Of a stretch of DNA of 64,000 nt, positions 1 through 10,772 are shown piece by piece. The notes below the pieces were generated by a model that was given only the letters and a program-made list of their open reading frames with translations, was not told the DNA's origin and made no database searches. Source of the stretch: Mycobacterium sp. (GTDB lineage Bacteria; Actinomycetota; Actinomycetes; Mycobacteriales; Mycobacteriaceae); contig JAKFVT010000043.1 in the NCBI GenBank assembly GCA_021732005.1, forward strand, positions 606 to 64,605, in the 5' to 3' direction. A program made the translations under genes and the position numbers. Each line of letters starts with the position of its first letter. Position 1 is the first letter of the stretch.

Positions 1-2244
1 CCCGGGACCGGCCTGGCCATCCCGATGACGAGTCCGCTGTTCCAGTTGCCCGGCAACCTCTCCAGCGGCTTCCTGGTCCAACTCGGACCCATCGGCACCA
101 GCCCGCAACTCAGCGTCGGCGTCACCGATGCCTTGCGCGATCAATTCACCTACGCCATCCCGGTGGCGCAACTGATCGGCGGCGGCACCTACCCCGTTTC
201 GGGCTACCCGATCCTGCAGCAGTTCGGCTTCTTCCCGCAGTATTACGCCCAGGACGGCACGAACCCCAGACAGCCCATCGGCACCGAGCAGTTCCCGCAG
301 TGCGCCAGCCAATGCCTGCCGACCCTGATCGACAGCGGGGCGCCGAGCACCGGCATCCGCCTCAAGGACATCCCCGGCGGCGACCCGTACAACGACAGCG
401 GGCAACTGAAACCCGGCGTCACCTTCATCGCCGAATTCCCCACCACCCAGGGCCGTCCGGCGCTGACGTGGGATTTCACTGCCGGAAACACCGGCTCGGT
501 GGATCTCGTTCAGTACCAGAGCGGTTCGGTGGCGACGAACACCCAGAACGTCAACACCGGCCTGACCCTGTACAACTATTACGACGTGATGTTCGATGTG
601 CAAGACCAGGTGATCTGGCTGCGCCCCAACGGGGGTGAATCCACCGTGAGCCTCAACTCCGTGACCACCACCGGCGACCAGATCTACCGGCAGAACGCAC
701 AACTCGACGGTAGCTACTCCACCGGTGGCGGGGTGTTCTCCGTCGCCGGAGTGACGACGCTCGCCGGTGCCACCACCGTCGACGCCGGACGTGGTGACGT
801 CACATTCTCCGGCACCGTCGACAGCACTGTCGGCGATCAGCAGTCTCTGACCGTGAACTCCAGCGGCGCAACCGCATTCGTCCGCCAGGTCGGCGCGAAC
901 ACGCCGCTGAAATCTCTCACCACCGATGTCGGCGGGTCAACCTCGACCGCGGCGGTCACCACCACCGAAGACCAGGCCTACAACGACAGCAGCGTCACTC
1001 TCAGTGGCCCATACCGAACCACGACCGGCAGCGTGCTGATAGGCGGCAGTGCCGAATTGGCCGGGCCGGCATCAATCCAGACGGGGGGTCCCGGCACCAT
1101 CACGCTCACCGGAACTGTTGACGCGCAGCCTGGGCGCGGCCTCACCCTCAAGCTGACCACCGCCGGCGGGGACATTCACCTCGGTGCCGCGGTCGGCGCG
1201 CAGAATCCCTTGGGCGGACTCGTCCTTGCCAGCACGGCCGGCGCCGGTGCGACGAAGGTCACCGCCGACGGTGCGATCAACCTCAACGGCAATCTCGGCT
1301 TCGCCAACCAGAACGGTCTGTCGATAGGGCCCTCGGTCACGGTGGACTTCAGCCACGGCGGCCTTATTCAGAACTTCTCGAAAACCGGCATCGTCCTTGA
1401 TCAGAGCGATGATTCGACGCTCGAGACGTTCATCGTCAGCAACAACGGAACCGGCGGCATCGTCGCGACGGACGTCAAGCGTTTGACGCTGACCGACAAC
1501 GCGGTGATGGGCAACGGTGCGCCGAACGGCGGTGACGGGATCGATATCGCCGGCGGCATCGACGTGGACATCACCGGCAACAGCATCATCGGCAACAGCG
1601 GTGACGGGATCGCCGTGTACAGCTCTGCGGGCCAGGTGACGGTGAGTTCCCAGCACATCACGCTGAGAGGGAACGTCATCGAAGGGAACACCGGCGACGG
1701 GATCGACCTGAAGGACGCCGATGACGTCGAGATCAGCGGCAACACCATCAACACCAATACCGCCAACGGCGTGCTGTCGCTGACCACCGACAGCGCCAAG
1801 ATCGAGACCAACACGATCAGCGGGAACGGCGAGCACGGTGTGACCGTCGACCAAGGCAGCGGCAACACGATCCTGTCGAACGCGATCTCGCTGAACGTCA
1901 TTGACGGGATCAGCCTTCAGAACGGCGGCAATGCGAACCAGAGCGCGCCGACGGTCGCGAGCGCGGTCATCAAGAATGGCCGGCTGATGGTGACGGGAAG
2001 CTTGACCGACCGCTCTGGTGATTACCGCCTGCAGGTGTTCTACTCGCCCCCACCGGTCAACGCCCAGGCGCCCCCGGTCCAAGGGCTCCAACTCCTGAGC
2101 GACACCACCGAGACGACCGACTCCTTCAGCGTCGACGTTCCCGGCGGCTCGCTCTGGCAGGGCTCCTACGTCACCGTCACCGCTACCGTCGGCGGTAACA
2201 CCTCGCAGTTCTCGGTGCCGGTCACGATCACCGTGGCGCCGTAG
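1..2244 (+). CDS. Large secreted/surface protein, 5' end outside the window: aspartic-protease-like C-lobe + two ~98-aa haemagglutinin-like repeats + right-handed parallel beta-helix + C-terminal Ig-like module
   Basis: Frame is open from base 1 (PGTGLAIPM...). TLIDSG at 322-339 and NTG...YDVMFD at 553-597 resemble pepsin-fold motifs. TTTxDQxY...GTVD repeats start at 664 and 958. Many GNxIxGNxxxGI beta-helix turns; ends ...VTATVGGNTSQFS. Confidence 0.7.
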   Translation, partial: PGTGLAIPMTSPLFQLPGNLSSGFLVQLGPIGTSPQLSVGVTDALRDQFTYAIPVAQLIGGGTYPVSGYPILQQFGFFPQYYAQDGTNPRQPIGTEQFPQCASQCLPTLIDSGAPSTGIRLKDIPGGDPYNDSGQLKPGVTFIAEFPTTQGRPALTWDFTAGNTGSVDLVQYQSGSVATNTQNVNTGLTLYNYYDVMFDVQDQVIWLRPNGGESTVSLNSVTTTGDQIYRQNAQLDGSYSTGGGVFSVAGVTTLAGATTVDAGRGDVTFSGTVDSTVGDQQSLTVNSSGATAFVRQVGANTPLKSLTTDVGGSTSTAAVTTTEDQAYNDSSVTLSGPYRTTTGSVLIGGSAELAGPASIQTGGPGTITLTGTVDAQPGRGLTLKLTTAGGDIHLGAAVGAQNPLGGLVLASTAGAGATKVTADGAINLNGNLGFANQNGLSIGPSVTVDFSHGGLIQNFSKTGIVLDQSDDSTLETFIVSNNGTGGIVATDVKRLTLTDNAVMGNGAPNGGDGIDIAGGIDVDITGNSIIGNSGDGIAVYSSAGQVTVSSQHITLRGNVIEGNTGDGIDLKDADDVEISGNTINTNTANGVLSLTTDSAKIETNTISGNGEHGVTVDQGSGNTILSNAISLNVIDGISLQNGGNANQSAPTVASAVIKNGRLMVTGSLTDRSGDYRLQVFYSPPPVNAQAPPVQGLQLLSDTTETTDSFSVDVPGGSLWQGSYVTVTATVGGNTSQFSVPVTITVAP

Positions 2245-3289
2245 CAGGCACGCCATTGCCTGCCGGGCAGTCTTGCCGGTTTGGGCCGGCGAGTGCCCCG
2301 GCCGCGCCGTCGATCGCCTCGGTCACCGCGTCGACCACCCGCGGGTCCCAGGTCAGCGCGGTGTCGCGGGGCAGTTGGGCGATCATCGACACGTAGTCGC
2401 TGTGGGTGTCGTCGACGATGCGGCACCGCCGGTGCGGCAACACCACGTCGTCGATGTCGCGGCCCAGCGCGCTGCGCAACTCCACCACCCCGTCATTCGG
2501 CCACACCGCCGGGGCGCCGCCGGCGTGGTCGAATCGATTGCCGCCGATCAGCGTGACCGGCACTGTGTCGAGGACACCCGCCTGAAAGCTGTTCCAGCCC
2601 TTGGGGCCAGTCAGATAGGACCGCCCGAGTTCCCGCGCGGAACCGGAAACATGAACGGCCGCAATATCTCTGGCATAGCCATTCATCTGGCTCGCGCAGA
2701 ACTGGTCGCCCAGGCAGTCGCTGATCTTGACCGTGCCCTCGACGAAGTTCGCCAGATAGGATCCCTGCCAGGGTGTTCCGATCGTCGTCAACGATCGCAC
2801 CCTCACCGCTGACTGCTCGGCCTTCAGGGTGCGGATAGCCGCCCGGGCGAACAGTCCACCCATCGAGTGGCCCACCAGATCCACCTCGTCGATGTGCTTC
2901 TCGGTGTGCAGCCAGTCGATGAACCGGGCCAGGTGCTCGCCGGCGAGGTCGATGCTGCCGGTGCTGTCGAGGGTCATCGACGAGGGCAGCGGCGCGGGGC
3001 AGGAGGCGAACGCGCCGTAACCTGTGGTGTCGTGCACCTGGCCGGGCCCGGCCATCGCCGGCGCGGTGAACACCGAATATCCCTTCCCCAGAAGGTGTTC
3101 GCGCAACGACGTGTGGTCGGTGCCGGCCGGCAGGCCGATCGCGCACCCGGCGTCCGGCGCGGTGTAGGGGGCGGTGCTGGCCAGTCCGGAGACCAGGACC
3201 ACCGCGTGGGCCGGCGGGTGGGTATCGCTGCCGCTGTGCGAGCAACCCGCCAGCAGCACCGCCGCCGCCAGCGCCAGGATGCGGCGCAC
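2228..3289 (-). CDS. Alpha/beta-hydrolase (lipase/esterase-like) lipoprotein, paralogue 2
   Basis: GTG at 3289 overlaps the upstream TAG; signal peptide with lipobox LLAGC; GHSMGG nucleophile elbow; TIGTPWQGS, WPNDG, DTHS motifs. Confidence 0.8.
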   Translation of the reverse strand: MRRILALAAAVLLAGCSHSGSDTHPPAHAVVLVSGLASTAPYTAPDAGCAIGLPAGTDHTSLREHLLGKGYSVFTAPAMAGPGQVHDTTGYGAFASCPAPLPSSMTLDSTGSIDLAGEHLARFIDWLHTEKHIDEVDLVGHSMGGLFARAAIRTLKAEQSAVRVRSLTTIGTPWQGSYLANFVEGTVKISDCLGDQFCASQMNGYARDIAAVHVSGSARELGRSYLTGPKGWNSFQAGVLDTVPVTLIGGNRFDHAGGAPAVWPNDGVVELRSALGRDIDDVVLPHRRCRIVDDTHSDYVSMIAQLPRDTALTWDPRVVDAVTEAIDGAAGALAGPNRQDCPAGNGVPATAPR

Positions 3290-4335
3290 TAGGTCGGGCA
3301 GCCTTCCCGGTTGGGGCGAGAGAGCGCATTGGGTGCGTCGTCGATGGCCTTGTGCACGACCTCGAGCACCTGCGGGTCCCACGTCAGTGCGGTCTTCTGT
3401 TCCAGCCCAGCAAGATTGGAGACGAAAATGCTGTGGGTGTCGTCGAAGGTCGAACAGCGCCGATGCGGCAGGACCGGGTCGCTGATGTCCTTGGCCAGCG
3501 CACTCTGCAGCGCGACGATGCCGTCATTCGGCCACACCGCCGGGTTCACCGGGCCGTCCTTTGTGAATTTCTTGCCGCCGATCAGCACCACCGGGATCTT
3601 GTCGAGCACCCCGGACTGGTATTCGTTCCAGCCGTTCTTGCCCATCAGGAACGCCTGGTTGACCTCGCGGCCCGAACCGGCCATGAGCCGCTTCACCTCG
3701 TCGGACATGCCTTTCATCGACGTCTCGCAGAAGGTGTCACCCTTGCAATCGCTCAGTGGGACCAGCCCGTTGGCGAAATCCGACAGATAGGAGCCCTGCC
3801 ACGGTGTCCCGATGGTGGTCAACGACCGCACCTTCAGCGGCGAGTTCGTCGACGCCAGCACCCGGATGGCGGCACGGGAGTACAGCCCACCCATCGAGTG
3901 CCCGACGAAGTCGACCTCGGTGACGCCCTTGTCGGTGTGCAACCAGTTGAGGAACCGGGCCAGGTGTTCGCCCGCGGTGTCGATGCTGCCCGTCGAGTCG
4001 ACCGTCATGTTCTCCGGCAAGGTGACCGGGCAGACGCCGAACGGTCCGAACCCGGTCTGGTCGACCACCTGGCCGCGACCGGCCATCGCGGGGGAGGTGT
4101 AGACGGTGTAGCCCTTGCCGAGCAGATACTCCCGCAGCGCGGTGTCGCTGTTGCCGGCGGCCAGCCCGGTCTTGCACGCCTGCTCCGGGCCGGTGAACGG
4201 CGTCGTCGCATCCCCGCCGGACACGATCACCACCGCCGTCGACGCCGGGCGCTTCTCGTCACCGGCGTCGCTGCCGCACCCGGCCAGCGCGCAGATCATC
4301 GTCATAGCGGCGGCCAGCGCCAGTGTTCCTCGCAC
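3289..4335 (-). CDS. Alpha/beta-hydrolase (lipase/esterase-like) lipoprotein, paralogue 1
   Basis: Lipobox ALAGC, GHSMGG, TIGTPWQGS, WPNDG, DTHS. Start uncertain: GTG 4335 preferred; the track start at 4410 overlaps trpS. Confidence 0.8.
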   Translation of the reverse strand: MRGTLALAAAMTMICALAGCGSDAGDEKRPASTAVVIVSGGDATTPFTGPEQACKTGLAAGNSDTALREYLLGKGYTVYTSPAMAGRGQVVDQTGFGPFGVCPVTLPENMTVDSTGSIDTAGEHLARFLNWLHTDKGVTEVDFVGHSMGGLYSRAAIRVLASTNSPLKVRSLTTIGTPWQGSYLSDFANGLVPLSDCKGDTFCETSMKGMSDEVKRLMAGSGREVNQAFLMGKNGWNEYQSGVLDKIPVVLIGGKKFTKDGPVNPAVWPNDGIVALQSALAKDISDPVLPHRRCSTFDDTHSIFVSNLAGLEQKTALTWDPQVLEVVHKAIDDAPNALSRPNREGCPT

Positions 4336-4391
4336 GAAGCAGGATGCTAATGCCACTCGACCGTCCGAGATGGGCCTCGTGACAGGATTGA

Positions 4392-5414
<1,023 letters not shown>

Positions 5415-5430
5415 ACACGAGAGGCTGGGC

Positions 5431-6459
5431 ATGTCAGAACCGGCCGAACCGGGTCGCCTCGACCGGCTGCGGGCCCGCTACCACTGGATCGACCATGCGA
5501 TCCGTGCCGGGGCGCGCTATCAGAACGTCAAGGGTGACTTCTACGCGGCAGGCATCACCTATTTCACGATCTTCGCGCTGTTCCCCCTGCTGATGGTCGG
5601 GTTCGCGGCCGGCGGCTTCGTGCTGGCCAGCCGGCCGCACCTGTTGGCCGATATCGAAAGCCGAATCAGGACAACGGTTTCCGGGGACTTCGGCCAGCAG
5701 CTGATCGGGCTGATCGATTCGGCGATCGACTCCCGCACGTCGGTGGGTGTGATCGGTCTGGCGACCGCGGCGTGGGCGGGGCTGGGCTGGATCGCGAATC
5801 TGCGTGAGGCGCTGAGCCAGATGTGGGATCAGCGCGTCGAGGAACAGAACTTCCTGCGCACCAAACTGTCGGATCTGGCGGTGCTGCTGTCGGTTTTCGT
5901 CGCGATCGTCGTGACGGTCGCGCTGACCGCGCTGGCTGATCCGTCGCTGATGACGAACGTGCTGGAGTGGATCGGTGTGCCGCATATCGCCGGGCTCGGC
6001 GGCGCGCTGCGAATTCTCTCGCTGTTGATGTCGTGGGGGGTGTCGTGGCTGTTGTTCAGCTGGATGATCGCGCGGCTGCCCCGCGAGTCGGTGAGCTTCC
6101 GCAGCAGTGTGCGCGCCGGGCTGATGGCCGCGGTGGCGTTCGAGCTCTTCAAGCTGGTCGGGTCGTTCTATCTGCGGTCGGTGGTGCACGGTCCGGCCGG
6201 TGCGACGTTCGGGCCGGTGCTGGGTCTGATGGTGTTCGCCTACATCACCGCGCGGCTGGTGCTGTTCGCCACCGCGTGGGCGGCGACGTCGAAGGACAAC
6301 GTGCGTCCCGACCCGGTTCCGGCACCCGGCCCAGCGGTGATCTCGCCGCGGGTGGGGCCGGACGAAGGTCTGAGCACCCGGCAGACGGTCGCCGCGATGG
6401 CGGTGGGTGCGGTTGGCGCACTCGGTGTTTCGCGGCTCTGGCGCCGGGGACGCGACTAG
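5431..6459 (+). CDS. yhjD: YihY/virulence factor BrkB family inner-membrane protein (YhjD, Rv3335c-like)
   Basis: AAGITYFTIFALFPLL motif, multiple TM segments, position directly after trpS. Confidence 0.85.
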   Translation: MSEPAEPGRLDRLRARYHWIDHAIRAGARYQNVKGDFYAAGITYFTIFALFPLLMVGFAAGGFVLASRPHLLADIESRIRTTVSGDFGQQLIGLIDSAIDSRTSVGVIGLATAAWAGLGWIANLREALSQMWDQRVEEQNFLRTKLSDLAVLLSVFVAIVVTVALTALADPSLMTNVLEWIGVPHIAGLGGALRILSLLMSWGVSWLLFSWMIARLPRESVSFRSSVRAGLMAAVAFELFKLVGSFYLRSVVHGPAGATFGPVLGLMVFAYITARLVLFATAWAATSKDNVRPDPVPAPGPAVISPRVGPDEGLSTRQTVAAMAVGAVGALGVSRLWRRGRD

Positions 6460-6466
6460 GTCGGGT

Positions 6467-7702
6467 TTACCTGCCGCGCACCGGCCTGCGATTAATGGCA
6501 CGCGCCACCATGATCAGTGAGAACACCACCAGCGTGCCGACCACCCCGACGCCCACCCGCACCGGCACCGCGTCCGCCGCGGGGAGTAGCTGGGTGCCGC
6601 TGGCTTTGATCGCGGCGGCTTCATCCGGCTTGGGCGGCAGCAGCGATGGATCCGGGTCGATCAGGTTCCCGATCCGGGTTCCGGGCGGGGTGGCGAAGCC
6701 GTAGTCGAGCAGATGCGCGGCCTGTTGCCACGGCGGGATCGGCTGCCGGGTGCCGCGCATCAGCACCGCCACCAGCCGGCGGCCGTCGCGGTTGGCGGCG
6801 CCGACGAACGTCTGTCCGGCATCGTCGGTGTAACCCGTCTTGCCACCGAGCGCGCCCGGATAGTTGTAGAGCAGCTGGTTGTCGTTCTCCAGCTGGTAGC
6901 CGGGATGGTCACCGTCTTCTCCCGGCTTCGCCGGATGCCCGGGGAAGTCGTACTTCTGGGTCGCGACGATGCTCGCGAAAGTGGGGTTCTCCCAGGCGTA
7001 GCGGTAGAACAGGCCGATGTCGTAGGCCGACGTGCTCATGCCCGGCCCGTCCAGACCGGACGGTGTCGCCGCGCGGGTGTCCTGGCCGCCGAGCTTGCGG
7101 GCCAGCGTGTTGATCTTCTGCAGGGCGGTGTCCATGCCGCCGACCTGTGCGGCCAGCGCGTGCGCGGCGTCGTTGCCGGAATGCATCAGCAGGCCGTGCA
7201 ACAGGTCGTTGACGGTGTACTTGCCGCCCTCGTCCACGCCCACCCGGGTGCCTTCGGCGTTGGCGTCGTCCTGGGTGCCTGCGACGATCTTGTTGAGCGG
7301 CAGTTCGTTCATGGCCTGCATCGCGATGAGGACCTTGATGATGCTGGCGGGTCGGTGCCGGGCGTGTGGATCGCGTGCGGCGATGATGTCGCCGGTGTCG
7401 AGGTCGGCCACCACCCACGATTCGGCCGAGATGTCGTCGGGGACCGGCGGTGTGCCCGCCGCGACGATCACTCCGCATCCCGCCAGCGCGTCGCCGCCCA
7501 CCGGCTTGGCAGGAACGGGAAGCGGTTGCGGTGGGTCGCCTGCCTGGGGCACCTCAGAGGAGTCGACGGCAGGCGGGGTGGTCACCCGGTAGGGGCACGT
7601 GTTGGGGTCCGGGTCCGCCCACGCGGTCGCCGACGTGCCGACGACGCACAGCGTCGCGGCCACCGCGGCAGCACACCGCGTGAAGAGTTTCGAGCTCGCC
7701 AT
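6467..7702 (-). CDS. dacB1: D-alanyl-D-alanine carboxypeptidase (peptidase S11, DacB1/Rv3330-like)
   Basis: PASIIK (SxxK), SGN (SxN), KTG motifs; signal peptide; C-terminal TM anchor. ATG 7702 has TACTCT 8 nt upstream. Confidence 0.9.
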   Translation of the reverse strand: MASSKLFTRCAAAVAATLCVVGTSATAWADPDPNTCPYRVTTPPAVDSSEVPQAGDPPQPLPVPAKPVGGDALAGCGVIVAAGTPPVPDDISAESWVVADLDTGDIIAARDPHARHRPASIIKVLIAMQAMNELPLNKIVAGTQDDANAEGTRVGVDEGGKYTVNDLLHGLLMHSGNDAAHALAAQVGGMDTALQKINTLARKLGGQDTRAATPSGLDGPGMSTSAYDIGLFYRYAWENPTFASIVATQKYDFPGHPAKPGEDGDHPGYQLENDNQLLYNYPGALGGKTGYTDDAGQTFVGAANRDGRRLVAVLMRGTRQPIPPWQQAAHLLDYGFATPPGTRIGNLIDPDPSLLPPKPDEAAAIKASGTQLLPAADAVPVRVGVGVVGTLVVFSLIMVARAINRRPVRGR

Positions 7703-7769
7703 CGACTCGCAGAGTAGGGGATTGGAGCCCGGAAACCGGGGAGCCGCGCTGTGACAGGAGTGGTTGGTG

Positions 7770-8762
7770 TTACAAATCGAGACACGCGACGGCCGACGAC
7801 CCGATGCAGCCCAGCCACAGGGTGCCGTCATGCTCCACGAGCCCGGTGGCCAGCGCGAACCGCGGATCGACGGTCCGCAGCTGCGACGTCACCGTGCCGT
7901 CGAGATCAATCGATATCGCCCACACCACCGGCTTGGGGCTGGGCAGCCAACCGTAGGGCAGTCGCCACATCAGCCGGCGCACCACCGGAGCGCGCGGAGC
8001 CAGCCATTCGCCGACCGCGTTGCGTTCGCTGACCAACGCGACCCAGATACGTCCGTCGGGGGCCGTCGAGATGTTGTCCGGATAGCCGGGCAGGTGCTCG
8101 ATCAGCGGCACCGGCTCGCCGATACCCGAACCCGTCAGCGGGTACTTCGACACCCGGCAGGCCGTCGTCTCGGCGACCACCAGGGCCGACTCGTCGGCGG
8201 TCAGCGTCACCCCGTTGGCGAAGCGCAGTCCACTGGCCAGCGTCGTCACGGTGCCGTCGACGTCCCGGCGGAACAGTGACCCGCTGGGCCGGGCCTCGAG
8301 TACGGCGCCCTTGTAGTACTCGTAGTGGAAGCGCGACGTCGACTCGGTGAAAAAGATTGTGCCGTCTGATGATTCGACGACATTGCTGCAGAACGTCAAC
8401 GGCCGTCCGGCCACTTCGCTCACCAGGGTCTCGAATGAGCCGGTGGCCGGATCGAGGCGCAGCAGCCCACGGTGGCTGTCGCAGATCAGCAGCCTGCCGT
8501 CTCGGGCAACCGTCAGCCCGAGTGGTCGGCCGCCGGTGTTGGCCACCACCTCGGGGGCGTGGCCTTTCCGGATCCGCACGATCGCCCCGTTGTCGGTTCC
8601 GGTCCAGAGCGTGCCGTCAGCGTCGACCACGACGTCCTCGGGAGCATGACCTGGGACACCGATCACCCGCAGCGACCCGGACAGATCCGGCGGTGGCAGT
8701 CGCCGAAGGGGAGGCGGCTGCCACCGCACGGGATCGATCGGGGGTTTGGCGGCCCCGGTCAC
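7770..8762 (-). CDS. SMP-30/gluconolactonase/strictosidine-synthase-like beta-propeller protein
   Basis: PEDVVVD, GRPLGL, FANGV, GYPDNI motifs; GTG overlaps the aminotransferase stop. Confidence 0.85.
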   Translation of the reverse strand: MTGAAKPPIDPVRWQPPPLRRLPPPDLSGSLRVIGVPGHAPEDVVVDADGTLWTGTDNGAIVRIRKGHAPEVVANTGGRPLGLTVARDGRLLICDSHRGLLRLDPATGSFETLVSEVAGRPLTFCSNVVESSDGTIFFTESTSRFHYEYYKGAVLEARPSGSLFRRDVDGTVTTLASGLRFANGVTLTADESALVVAETTACRVSKYPLTGSGIGEPVPLIEHLPGYPDNISTAPDGRIWVALVSERNAVGEWLAPRAPVVRRLMWRLPYGWLPSPKPVVWAISIDLDGTVTSQLRTVDPRFALATGLVEHDGTLWLGCIGSSAVACLDL

Positions 8763-10138
8763 AGCAGGCGGCTGGCCTCGCTGAGCACCCGGTGCAAGAT
8801 CTCGTAGATCTCGTCGAATTCCTTCGGCCCGCTGATCAGCGGCGGCGCCAGCTGCACGACTGGGTCGCCGCGGTCGTCGGCGCGGCAGTATAGGCCGGCT
8901 TCGAACAGTGCCGAGGACAGGAAGCCGCGCAGCAGCCGCTCGCTCTCGTCGTCGTTGAAGGTCTCCCGGGTGGCCTTGTCCTTGACCAGCTCGATGCCGT
9001 AGAAGAACCCTTCACCGCGCACGTCGCCAACGATCGGCAGCTCGAGGAGTTTCTCCAACGTGGCCCGGAAGATCGGGGCGTTGGTCTTGACGTGATCGTT
9101 GATGCCCTCGCGCTCGAAGATGTCGAGGTTGGCCAGCGCCACCGCCGAGGACACCGGGTGCCCACCGAAGGTGTAGCCGTGCCCGAACGTGGTCTTGCCG
9201 TCGTTGAACGGCTCGAACAGCCGGTCGCTGGCGATCATCGCGCCGATCGGCGAGTAGCCCGAGGTCATGCCCTTGGCGCAGGTGATGATGTCGGGCTGGT
9301 AACCGATGTCCTCACAGGCGAACATCGAACCGATCCGGCCGAAGGCGCAGATCACCTCGTCGGAGACAAGGAGCACGTCGTACTCGTCGCAGATCTCGCG
9401 GACCCGCTCGAAGTATCCGGGCGGCGGCGGGAAGCAGCCGCCGGCGTTCTGCACCGGTTCCAGGAACACTGCACACACCGTGTCGGGACCCTCGAACTCG
9501 ATGGCCTCGGCGATGCGGTCGGCGCAGTACCGGCCCCACGCCTTGGGGTCGGTGTCATACGGCGCAGGCGCGCGGTAGAAGTTGGTGTTGGGCACCCGGA
9601 AACCACCGGGCGTCAGCGGTTCGAACGGCTTCTTGAAGTCGGGCAGGCCGGTGATGGCCAGCGCGCCCTGCGGGGTGCCGTGGTAGGCGATGGCTCGCGA
9701 GATCACCTTGTACTTGCCCGGCTTGCCGGTCAGCTTGAAGAAGTTCTTCGCCAGCTTCCACGCACTCTCGACCGCTTCGCCGCCGCCGGTGGTGAAGAAC
9801 ACCCGATTCAGGTCACCGGGAGCGTAATTCGCCAGCCGGTCGGCCAGTTCGATCGCCGGCGGGGTTGCGTAGGACCACAGCGGGAAGAACTCGAGGGTCT
9901 CGGCCTGCTTTGCCGCGGCCTCGGCCAGTTCCTTGCGGCCGTGCCCGGCCTGGACGACGAAAAGACCTGAGAGGCCGTCGAAGTAGCGCTTGCCGTGGCT
10001 GTCGTAGATGTACACGCCTTCGCCGCGGCTGATGATCGGCGGCGTGAGCCCCGCACCGTGCCGGGCAAAGTGGCCCCACAGGTGGCGGTCGGCCTTGGCC
10101 GACAGCTCCGCTGTGAGATCGAGCGTGGTGGTACTCAT
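8759..10138 (-). CDS. Class III PLP-dependent aminotransferase (Rv3329-like; omega-amine/polyamine)
   Basis: YFDGLSGL, EPVQNAGG, DEVICAFGRIG, TCAKGMTSGY (PLP lysine), HGYTFGGHP. Confidence 0.92.
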   Translation of the reverse strand: MSTTTLDLTAELSAKADRHLWGHFARHGAGLTPPIISRGEGVYIYDSHGKRYFDGLSGLFVVQAGHGRKELAEAAAKQAETLEFFPLWSYATPPAIELADRLANYAPGDLNRVFFTTGGGEAVESAWKLAKNFFKLTGKPGKYKVISRAIAYHGTPQGALAITGLPDFKKPFEPLTPGGFRVPNTNFYRAPAPYDTDPKAWGRYCADRIAEAIEFEGPDTVCAVFLEPVQNAGGCFPPPPGYFERVREICDEYDVLLVSDEVICAFGRIGSMFACEDIGYQPDIITCAKGMTSGYSPIGAMIASDRLFEPFNDGKTTFGHGYTFGGHPVSSAVALANLDIFEREGINDHVKTNAPIFRATLEKLLELPIVGDVRGEGFFYGIELVKDKATRETFNDDESERLLRGFLSSALFEAGLYCRADDRGDPVVQLAPPLISGPKEFDEIYEILHRVLSEASRLL

Positions 10139-10650
10139 CGTGTTCCCCAATTGTATTGTTGTTTAACGAGTTTGAGATAGACCAAGGTTTCTGTCGAGGT
10201 CACCCCGGGTACAGCGCGGATCTCGGTGTTGAGCAGCTCCAGCAGCTCGGCGTCGTCCTCGCACACCACCTCCGCGATCGCGTCGAAGGTGCCCGCGGTG
10301 AGCACCACGTAGTCGACGGCGTCGATCTGTGCGAGCTTCTCGGCGACCTTGGTGGTGTCGCCCGTGCAGCGGATGCCGATCATCGCCTGCCTGCTGAATC
10401 CCAGCTGGAGAGGATCGGTCACCGCGACGATCTGCATCACCCCGGAGTCGACCAGGCGCTGCACCCGCTGGCGCACCGCCGCCTCCGACAGCCCGACGGC
10501 CTTGCCGATCGCGGCGTAGGAACGCCGGCCGTCCTGCTGCAGCTTTTCGATAATGGCCTTGGACATCTCGTCCAACTGGACGGGCCCGTTTCCACCCGCC
10601 CCAATGGCGCGGACGGGAAACCGAGTGGCCGGTACACCCGAGTCACGCAT
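10135..10650 (-). CDS. Lrp/AsnC family transcriptional regulator
   Basis: LQQDGRRSYAAIGKAVGLSEAAVRQRV HTH plus RAM domain; ATGA overlap with the aminotransferase. Start 10650 or 10656. Confidence 0.92.
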   Translation of the reverse strand: MRDSGVPATRFPVRAIGAGGNGPVQLDEMSKAIIEKLQQDGRRSYAAIGKAVGLSEAAVRQRVQRLVDSGVMQIVAVTDPLQLGFSRQAMIGIRCTGDTTKVAEKLAQIDAVDYVVLTAGTFDAIAEVVCEDDAELLELLNTEIRAVPGVTSTETLVYLKLVKQQYNWGTR

Positions 10651-10772
10651 GCCCATGATTGTGCACGGAATCAGTTGTTTAAGGCAACAAGATCGATGAA
10701 ATTGGTGGCGATAACCCACCCATACTGCGGGAATGCGTAGCAGTCGCTGAGCGGGTCGGTTACCGTGGGGCG

